Source: Thermoproteota archaeon
GTDB taxonomy: Archaea; Korarchaeota; Korarchaeia; Korarchaeales; Korarchaeaceae
Direction: 5' to 3'
Length of the DNA stretch: 23,334 bases
Assembly (NCBI GenBank): GCA_027491395.1
Contig: JAOZFI010000047.1
Span: 1-23,334, forward strand
Of this stretch, positions 17,101 through 23,334 are shown one piece after another. The notes below the pieces were generated by a model, which had not been told where the DNA came from, did not search any database, and worked only from the letters and a program-made list of their open reading frames with translations. How positions within the stretch are numbered: the stretch's first letter is position 1; each line of letters starts with the position of its first letter. Made by a program: the position numbers and the translations under genes.

Positions 17101-17127
17101 CTATACCTATATTAGTATAGCGGTATA
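17101..17127. promoter_or_regulatory. Nested inverted repeats in the vapBC promoter (probable autoregulatory operator)
   Basis: CTATAC-N8-GTATAG (17101-17120) and TATACC...GGTATA (17102-17127). Confidence 0.5.
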
Positions 17128-17290
17128 TCGAAAGCTCCCTTTTATAAAGTCAGTTCGACCCCATTGTATCGTATCTGATTGGATATTATACCTGATAACT
17201 GTGTATTTATAGTCTTTTATATCTATTTATTTCACTAATAGAAGTCATATTGATGACAACTTTTTTATTGCTAATCGGGATGACATCGAG

Positions 17291-18376
17291 ATGAGCATGT
17301 CCCAGAAGCTCGAACTGCCCCTCGAACCCCAAGCATTCGCCGAAGACATATTCAGGATAGTGAGCCATCCTGTCATGCAGGAAGTCTATCGATTCAGGCA
17401 CCTCATAGCCAAGACCGTGAGGGACTTCCTAGATGAAGAGGGCTTTGTGGAGTTCGATCCCATAATGGTTGGTCCAGTAACGGATCCAGGTACGAGAGGC
17501 GCGTTCGAGTTCAGAATCCCCTACTACGGTAGGGAGTACAGGTTGATGAGAAGTGGCATCCTGTACAAGCAGCTTCTAGCTGCGGCAATGGAGGAGGGTA
17601 AGATTTACTTCTTCTACCCAAACCTGAGGCATGAACCGATAGATGCCGCCAAAACCGGACGCCATCTCGTGGAATTCGTCCAGATCGATCTGGAGGTCAG
17701 GGATGCGGACCACTTTCAAGTGATGGAGATAGCGGAGAGGCTTCTCAAGCACGTTATCGATGAGATGAGGAGGTACGAGGACCGCCTCAGAAAGATATGG
17801 GAGTTCTTCGGTTCTGAGAGGGAGAGCTTACCAGATGTGAACCTCCCCTTGAAGAGGATGACTCATAGAAAGGCTGTAGAGCTTTTAATGGAGCATGCTA
17901 AGGATGATGAGGTCATCAAAGAGCTGGAGAGAAGGTTCGGCGTCAGGAGACCACAGGACAGGCTCAGTTTCAAGACCGAGATTCCTTGGGAGTGGGAGTG
18001 GTACTTATCAAAGATACACGACCAGCCCTTCTTCATCCACGACTATCCGAGGGGGGCGAGAGGCTTCTACGACCGCGAATACCCTGACAAACCGGGCGTA
18101 CTGATGGACTTCGACCTGCTCGCTCCGGAAGGTCACGGGGAGTTATCCTCAGGTGCGGCGAGGGAGTACGAGGTGTCGAGAGTCTTCGCTAGGATGAGGG
18201 AAACCAACGAGAACCCCGAGCTCTATCGCTGGTACCTTCAGTTCCTCCGCGATCACGGGAAGCCAACGGCGGGATTCGGTATAGGAATGGAGAGATTGGT
18301 GAAGTACATCTGCGATCTCCCGTCCGTTCACCTCGCCAGACCGGCTCCCAAGATACCGGGGGTGCACTCGCCATGA
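17291..18376 (+). CDS. asnA: Archaeal asparagine synthetase A (AsnRS catalytic-core paralog)
   Basis: VTDPG, ILYKQ, PNLRHE, TGRHLVEFVQIDLE, FYDRE, GELSSGAAREYE, AGFGIGMERL, KIPG; no anticodon-binding domain. Confidence 0.9.
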   Translation: MSMSQKLELPLEPQAFAEDIFRIVSHPVMQEVYRFRHLIAKTVRDFLDEEGFVEFDPIMVGPVTDPGTRGAFEFRIPYYGREYRLMRSGILYKQLLAAAMEEGKIYFFYPNLRHEPIDAAKTGRHLVEFVQIDLEVRDADHFQVMEIAERLLKHVIDEMRRYEDRLRKIWEFFGSERESLPDVNLPLKRMTHRKAVELLMEHAKDDEVIKELERRFGVRRPQDRLSFKTEIPWEWEWYLSKIHDQPFFIHDYPRGARGFYDREYPDKPGVLMDFDLLAPEGHGELSSGAAREYEVSRVFARMRETNENPELYRWYLQFLRDHGKPTAGFGIGMERLVKYICDLPSVHLARPAPKIPGVHSP

Positions 18377-19803
18377 CCGACTACCCGATAGACGAGATAT
18401 TTAGGAGGGCCAAGCTGGGCGAGCTGGCCGTCTATCCTCCTAAGGACGAGTTCGGTTACAACGTCTTCGGAGCTGACGTTTATACGAAGCCGAGGAGGTT
18501 CCTCCTTCTAGATGACATAGTCCTGCTCCCGCCCCAGTTCACGCCTGAGAGGCTTGAAAAGGGCATTGAGCTCCTCAGGGAGCCCCTCTACACAGATGTG
18601 AGCACAGAAGCCTCTGTAGGCAGGTTCAGGGTGAGGATGCCCGTCGTCTGCGCGGCCATGGGGGGCACGCACATCGCCAACCTGATAGGCCCCAAGATAG
18701 CTAAGGGATGCGCCGAGATGGGCATCGTCTACTCGCTTGGGGAGAACATAGCTGCCATCAGGGGATACGATGAGAGGCTCACTAAACAGCCATCATTCAA
18801 GGAGAGGGCCTTGGCCTACTTGGAGAACCTGAAAGACGGGTATGGGGGGCTTGTCATACAGCAGAGCGTCGAGGATGAGAACCTGAAGCTCTGGGAGAAG
18901 GTCTACACAGATCCAGACTTCGATCGATACGTGGAGGAGGGGTTGATAGCCTTCGAGATCAAGGCGGGACAGGGCGCCAAGCCCGGCTTAGGCGGGGAGG
19001 TGCTGGTCAGCAGGGAGGTGGCCATGAGAATAAAGGATCACTACTACATACCGGAGGATCCGGAGAAGGTGGTCAAGGACTACTACGAGAGACATTCAGC
19101 ACCTGGAACATTCACCGAGGATATACTGACCAGTCAGATCAGGCTAATCAAGAACAACTTCCCCCGCGTGAAGGTGTTCTTGAAGACGGGACCGTACAGG
19201 GACTTGGACAGGGTGATAGAGATAGCGAGTAGGGAGGGGGTAGACGCCGTAACTATAGATGGGAAGGAGGGAGGGACTGGGATGAGCCCCATAGCTGGCA
19301 TGAGAGACCTGGGCCTCCCCACCGTGGCCTGCCTAGGGGCCATCACGAGGGCTAGAGATAGGGGGATAAGGACCAGCCTCATAATATCGGGCAGGTTATA
19401 TGACGGCTCCCACGTGGTCAAATCCCTAGCACTGGGAGCCAGCGCGGTGGCGTTCGGGAGGCCCTTGGTATACGCCTGCATGGGCAGCATACCCCTCGCT
19501 CCCGCTTTCATTAGGAGGGAGCTCTTCAGGAATCCGTTACTGAGGGAACTGGGTAAGATAGCCCTGAGGTGGGGAGTAAGGGGAGAGGGCTGCACCGAGG
19601 GCGTGGTGAACTACTTGAAGAGCGTGGAGAACGAGATCAAGATGCTCACCTCCGCCCTAGGAAAGTACTACATGGATAGGCTGTCCAAGGAGGATGTCGG
19701 TGCCCTTAACAGGGATCTAGCGGAGCTCTTTAGAATCTGGTACGTGTATAGCGCTCCTGAAGCGTCAGAGAAAGTGATTCAAAGAGGGATTGAACTTTCC
19801 TGA
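18373..19803 (+). CDS. Stand-alone FMN-binding glutamate synthase (GltB central domain)-like protein
   Basis: EIKAGQGAKPGLGG, IDGKEGGTGMSP, LGLPT, SGRLYDGSHVVKSLALGA; ATGA overlap with asnA. Confidence 0.88.
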   Translation: MTDYPIDEIFRRAKLGELAVYPPKDEFGYNVFGADVYTKPRRFLLLDDIVLLPPQFTPERLEKGIELLREPLYTDVSTEASVGRFRVRMPVVCAAMGGTHIANLIGPKIAKGCAEMGIVYSLGENIAAIRGYDERLTKQPSFKERALAYLENLKDGYGGLVIQQSVEDENLKLWEKVYTDPDFDRYVEEGLIAFEIKAGQGAKPGLGGEVLVSREVAMRIKDHYYIPEDPEKVVKDYYERHSAPGTFTEDILTSQIRLIKNNFPRVKVFLKTGPYRDLDRVIEIASREGVDAVTIDGKEGGTGMSPIAGMRDLGLPTVACLGAITRARDRGIRTSLIISGRLYDGSHVVKSLALGASAVAFGRPLVYACMGSIPLAPAFIRRELFRNPLLRELGKIALRWGVRGEGCTEGVVNYLKSVENEIKMLTSALGKYYMDRLSKEDVGALNRDLAELFRIWYVYSAPEASEKVIQRGIELS

Positions 19804-19846
19804 TGGTATCCACTGAAAATGAAGTATTTTGAAGTGAAGCGGAGAA

Positions 19847-20233
19847 TCAGCACTTAATCACTGTTACGGACTTAATGCAGTAATCTATCTCCACTCTGGC
19901 TCTTTCCAAAGCTTCTCCACCTATTATGATCTCGTTTAACTCCTCATAACTTTCTAGCAGCCCGTCAACCTTGTAATCACCTGAGATAAGCGTGGAATAA
20001 CCCCCCATAGATTTGATAATTCTGCCATCCGGCAGGACCAAGTGCCTCTCGGTAGAAGGTCTTATACCTAACTTGTGGAGAACCTCGCTTGGTACCAGAG
20101 CGAAGCCCTCATATCCCGTATCTAGAACACCCCACTCCTCCCCCAACTCCGGATATACCTTCCCGCCGAGAGGATTGTAGAATTTGACTCTAATGTAGGG
20201 GATTTGATCAACCACGCTCAAGTACCCTAGCAC
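19847..20233 (-). CDS. Clan AA (retropepsin-like) aspartic protease, AF_0612-like
   Basis: VLDTGYEG catalytic motif, LPDGR flap and C-terminal IIIG. Confidence 0.85.
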   Translation of the reverse strand: MLGYLSVVDQIPYIRVKFYNPLGGKVYPELGEEWGVLDTGYEGFALVPSEVLHKLGIRPSTERHLVLPDGRIIKSMGGYSTLISGDYKVDGLLESYEELNEIIIGGEALERARVEIDYCIKSVTVIKC

Positions 20234-20534
20234 CTGCCCGGGCTAAGGGCTTAGGGGGAGGTAGGGCCCTCACCGTAACGGTACTGGGATCAATACCCTT
20301 GGATTTTAGAATCTCAGCGAGTTCTTCGAGGGAAAGTGCCCTAGCTACTTCTTTTCCCCCCACTTCAGCTATGAATACTCGTTTAAACTCAGATTCTAGT
20401 AGAGCCCTCTCTATAGCCGATGAGACGAACTTTGACAGCGCTCCTCTTCCGGCCCCTCTCTCCTTAAGATGCTTCCTTAACCTCCGGAGCAGATCATCGG
20501 GTATCACGACGGTTAAGGTCCCCATACCCACCAA
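20208..20534 (-). CDS. Ribbon-helix-helix (CopG-like) protein with a small C-terminal domain
   Basis: TLTVVIPDDLLRRLR...GALSKFVSSAIERAL, then FIAEVGGKEVARALSLEELAEIL. The start may be the ATG at 20525. Confidence 0.8.
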   Translation of the reverse strand: MVGMGTLTVVIPDDLLRRLRKHLKERGAGRGALSKFVSSAIERALLESEFKRVFIAEVGGKEVARALSLEELAEILKSKGIDPSTVTVRALPPPKPLARAGARVLERG

Positions 20535-20544
20535 CTTTTATTGT

Positions 20545-20570
20545 GTAATTACTTACTATTTAACTATTTA
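20545..20570. promoter_or_regulatory. Palindrome GTAATTAC plus tandem ACTATTTA x2 upstream of the RHH gene
   Basis: GTAATTAC at 20545-20552; ACTATTTA at 20555-20562 and 20563-20570, in an AT-rich promoter region. Confidence 0.45.
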
Positions 20571-20684
20571 TTATTCATTTATGTTTGTTTCGCTGAAGCA
20601 CTCAAACCCAAGTCGAAGGAGATTGCCGATAGAATGCGGGCCCTATGACTTCTCAAAATCGTATCCATTCTTGCTTGATATACC

Positions 20685-21377
20685 CTAACAGCAGTCTAAG
20701 ATCTCTGATGGTCTACCTACAGACCCTACCACTCCATTCTCAACGATCACAACTCTGTCCGCCGTCCTCAGGGCTAGCAAGTGGTCATGAGTGGCAATGG
20801 CTATTCCCATACCCTCCGATCTCAACTTTCCTATGAGATTCGTCAAGATAACCCTCTTCTCCCTGTCAAGATGAGCCGTAGGTTCATCCAGTAGAAGTAT
20901 TTTTGGGCCAGCAGCCACTGCTCTGAGGATCGACACCACCTGCGCTTCCCCTGCAGACATCTCTCTCCTATCCTTCCGAGATAGGTAGGCCGAGCTCGTG
21001 TCACTGAGCAGCTCTTCCGCAATCTTGATCGCCTCCTCCCTAGGCACGCCCCTCAGCAGAGGGGCAAAGGTCACATTATCCAAGGCCGTTCCCCTCAGGA
21101 GGATAGGCTTCTCGTGAACATAAACCACCGCCCTCCTTAGCTCAAGCCTCTTGGATCCGTTCACCTCCCATATATTCGATCCCCAGAACGTGACCTCTCC
21201 CCTCGAGGGCCTGTAGAGACCCCCAGCTAACTTCAGGATGGTAGTCTTCCCGGAACCATTGGGACCCACCAAGACGAGCACTTCACCCCGCCTGATCTCC
21301 AAGCTCACCCCCCTCAGGGCCCACTCCTTAGATCCTGGGTACTTGAACCAGACTTCCCTCAACTCTATCCCATTCAT
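20685..21377 (-). CDS. tupC: Tungstate ABC transporter ATPase
   Basis: GPNGSGKTT, SAGEAQ signature, LLLDEPTAHLD, ATHD; in an operon with tupAB. Confidence 0.85.
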   Translation of the reverse strand: MNGIELREVWFKYPGSKEWALRGVSLEIRRGEVLVLVGPNGSGKTTILKLAGGLYRPSRGEVTFWGSNIWEVNGSKRLELRRAVVYVHEKPILLRGTALDNVTFAPLLRGVPREEAIKIAEELLSDTSSAYLSRKDRREMSAGEAQVVSILRAVAAGPKILLLDEPTAHLDREKRVILTNLIGKLRSEGMGIAIATHDHLLALRTADRVVIVENGVVGSVGRPSEILDCC

Positions 21378-22009
21378 TCTCTGAGCCTCCCCAAGAACCT
21401 GAGGGTGAGAGAGATCATAGCCAGTATGAGCAGCAGGATGATGCCCAGCGACACGGCCAGCTCGAACTCCCCCTTGGACACCTCGAGCGCTATGGCGGTG
21501 GTCATGACCCTCGTGTAACCTCTTATGTTACCTCCTACCATCAAGGCGACGCCTAGTTCCCCCAGAGCTCTAGAGAAGCCCATCACCACGGCAGCAGCTA
21601 CCCCTGAGAGGGACTCTGATATCACTATCTTGGCCGCCTGACCCTCAGCAGCGCCCAAGGAGAGGGCCAGTTCCCCGTACATGTCCCAAGAGTGGGTGAG
21701 GACCCTATAGGCGACTGACGTTATTAGAGGGGTTATCAGGATAGCCTGCCCGATCACTATGGCTTGGGGGGAATAGAGTAACCTCAGTACACCGAGGGGG
21801 CCCTGCCTGCTGAGGAGTAGATAGAGGAGGAGCCCAATCAGAACGGTGGGCACGCCCACCATGCCCTCTAGGAGAGGAATGAGAGGCCGGGAGGTCCTGG
21901 GAGATCGCACAAGCAGGTAAGCTAGGACAATACTCCAAGTGGAGGCCAGTAGTGTCGCCGTTCCTGACACCACCAAGCTCCTGACTACGATCTCCAAGAC
22001 CTCCCTCAC
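21374..22009 (-). CDS. tupB: Tungstate ABC transporter permease
   Basis: PTVLIGLLLYLLLSRQGPLG, GVALMVGGNIRGYTRVMTTAIALE. Confidence 0.93.
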   Translation of the reverse strand: MREVLEIVVRSLVVSGTATLLASTWSIVLAYLLVRSPRTSRPLIPLLEGMVGVPTVLIGLLLYLLLSRQGPLGVLRLLYSPQAIVIGQAILITPLITSVAYRVLTHSWDMYGELALSLGAAEGQAAKIVISESLSGVAAAVVMGFSRALGELGVALMVGGNIRGYTRVMTTAIALEVSKGEFELAVSLGIILLLILAMISLTLRFLGRLRE

Positions 22010-22013
22010 CGGA

Positions 22014-22898
22014 TCACCCTTCAGCCAGCACCTGCCACCTCTCCCTGAGCCAATCCAACTTATCCTTTGCGGGATGGAAGAGGGGCTGCCCGTACTTAGA
22101 GATACCGTAGTGAGCGATCAGATCACGGGCATCCCTCACTACGAAATCAGCGAAGGCCCTAGCATACTTGGCCTCTTCCCCATCACAGGAGGGCACGAGG
22201 TAAACGCTGTATATGTTTAGGAGCTCGTCACCGCCCTCGAACAGGATGACCAAGTCGGGAACTTTACCGTCCTTGCTGTATTTGAGGAATGTGCCTATGT
22301 CTGAGAGCACATATGCTCCCTTCTCGTTCGCCACCAGTAGGGTCGCACCCATCCCGCTCCCAGTTTCCAAGTACCAAGGTCTCCCCTTGGGATCCAATCC
22401 AGCAGCTCTCCACACGCTCAGCTCTTTGACATGAGTACCGGAGTTATCTCCTCTGCTGGCGAAGCTGGCTTTTCCCATCTCTGCTGCCTCATATATCCTC
22501 TTGAAGGCATCTCCCGGCGACTTAGCCTCCTTCACCTTGGCTGGATCCGATGGAGGGCCGGCTATGATGAAGTAATTATATGCGAAAATATGCCCCTCAG
22601 CTATGGCCCCTTCCTCCATGTACCTTTTCTCTAGGCTGGGAGCGTGCACGAGGACCATACACGCATCACCCTGCTTCGCCCTCCTCAAGGCCTCACCGCT
22701 TCCTACTGCTATGAAGTCAAGTTCGACGTTGGGATGATCCTTCCTGAACCGATCTCCAAGGTAGTCGAGGAGTCCTGTGGCGTAGAGGCTGGTAGTGGTG
22801 GTTATCCTGACCCTGACGGGCCCACTCCCCAGCATGAGGAGAGAGGCTATTAATAGGACCAGCACGATAGCTGTTGCAGCTATGAGCCTAGTGCGCAT
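22014..22898 (-). CDS. tupA: Tungstate-binding protein
   Basis: TTTS motif, VGSGEAL, VHAP, SRGDNSGTHVKE; N-terminal membrane anchor. Confidence 0.94.
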   Translation of the reverse strand: MRTRLIAATAIVLVLLIASLLMLGSGPVRVRITTTTSLYATGLLDYLGDRFRKDHPNVELDFIAVGSGEALRRAKQGDACMVLVHAPSLEKRYMEEGAIAEGHIFAYNYFIIAGPPSDPAKVKEAKSPGDAFKRIYEAAEMGKASFASRGDNSGTHVKELSVWRAAGLDPKGRPWYLETGSGMGATLLVANEKGAYVLSDIGTFLKYSKDGKVPDLVILFEGGDELLNIYSVYLVPSCDGEEAKYARAFADFVVRDARDLIAHYGISKYGQPLFHPAKDKLDWLRERWQVLAEG

Positions 22899-22935
22899 GG
22901 GAATACCCCAGCGAGTTGGCTTCAGTTACTTATAT

Positions 22936-22959
22936 TCGTTATCCGATGTTGGATAACGA
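22936..22959. promoter_or_regulatory. Perfect 9-bp inverted repeat TCGTTATCC-N6-GGATAACGA, ModE-like operator
   Basis: Abuts the minus-strand TATA-like AATATAAG (about 22929-22936) of tupA. Confidence 0.7.
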
Positions 22960-23221
22960 TAAATTCGCTATCGAGCTATTGCCGTACCCCGAGCTGCATC
23001 ATTTACCCTGACGGGAACTCAATAGCACTCTTCTCTCCTCGTTACTAGCTAATCTGGTACCTAAACTAACTGTTTTTTACTAAAGTTAAGATTGTTTGTG
23101 AAGTATATCACGCGCGATCTCTCCATAGAAGTGGTCCTATCCGGCTGTCAGCACCAAAGCGCAGGCTACTACCGATTTCTCATTTCTCTATGCTAGTGTA
23201 CCCGTACCTTCTCACAGGTAA

Positions 23222-23252
23222 CTTTATAATAAGGGCGGAATTCGAGCCCTTA
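23222..23252 (+). promoter_or_regulatory. TATA box (CTTTATAA) followed by the inverted repeat TAAGGGC-N9-GCCCTTA
   Basis: TTTATAA at 23223-23229; arms at 23230-23236 and 23246-23252. Confidence 0.55.
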
Positions 23253-23263
23253 AGGTGAGTAGT

Positions 23264-23290
23264 GTGCGTTACCGGAGATTCCTTCTTTGA
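23264..23290 (+). CDS. Putative Arg-rich leader peptide MRYRRFLL
   Basis: SD AGGTGA at 23253-23258; GTG CGT TAC CGG AGA TTC CTT CTT TGA; the stop overlaps the argG TTG. Confidence 0.45.
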   Translation: MRYRRFLL

Positions 23291-23334
23291 ATGAGAGCAT
23301 CTCCAAGGTGGTTTTGGCCTACTCAGGCGGTTTA
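23287..23334 (+). CDS. argG: Argininosuccinate synthase, 5' end only (truncated by the window edge)
   Basis: TTG start giving MNESISKVVLAYSGGL, which matches the ArgG N-terminal KVVLAYSGGLD(TS) motif. Only 16 codons are visible. Confidence 0.75.
   Translation, partial: MNESISKVVLAYSGGL

Noticed and set aside
17178-17205. dif-like site (ATTGGATATTA resembles the left arm of Thermococcales dif as I recall it)
   Set aside because: No matching inverted right arm (TTAT...) after a 6-bp spacer.
17291-18376. Asparaginyl- or aspartyl-tRNA synthetase
   Set aside because: It lacks the N-terminal OB-fold anticodon-binding domain; the motifs fit archaeal AsnA.
1091-22853. Numerous antisense or alternative-frame ORFs in the track (e.g. 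1736-2218, 3307-3774, 4379-4777, 19134-19595, 20299-20688)
   Set aside because: Ser/Pro/Leu-rich shadows of well-supported genes, with no motifs.
22934-22961. The palindrome with a 6-bp spacer as a XerA dif site
   Set aside because: It lacks the ATAA-N6-TTAT core; its position at the tupA promoter and CGTTAT arms fit a ModE-like operator better.
1-23334. tRNA, rRNA, CRISPR array or C/D-box sRNA
   Set aside because: No cloverleaf with a T-loop, no regularly spaced repeats, and no convincing paired C and D boxes were seen in the intergenic regions by eye.

Overview
Gene-dense chromosomal window of about 50-55% GC, almost certainly from a thermophilic archaeon. Evidence: TATA/BRE promoters, GAGGTGA-type Shine-Dalgarno (SD) sites, AGG/AGA Arg codon bias, XerA, archaeal AsnA and an S-layer-like domain; a Korarchaeota-like origin is my inference only. 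In order it carries: the 3' part of a LivF-type ABC ATPase; a maleate-isomerase-family gene; an MFS transporter; a membrane-anchored wHTH regulator with a secreted helical partner; a 2-hydroxyacid dehydrogenase with an unknown N-terminal domain plus a class V aminotransferase; a divergent pair of uncharacterised HTH proteins; a 3-methyladenine glycosylase; two cell-surface proteins; a YbjN-YbjN-DUF167-xerA operon; vapBC; asnA coupled to an FMN glutamate-synthase-like gene; an RHH/aspartic protease pair; tupABC; and the first codons of argG. I found no tRNA, rRNA, CRISPR array or transposon. The best candidates for undescribed biology are: (1) a chain of start/stop-overlapping micro-ORFs, two of them Pro-rich (8627-8798), between the two divergent HTH genes; (2) an Arg-rich leader ORF overlapping the argG start; (3) a transmembrane one-component regulator with 11-bp-phased direct repeats; (4) an AsnA plus Fe-S-less GltB-like pair. 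All calls come from reading motifs by eye; no database searches were run.
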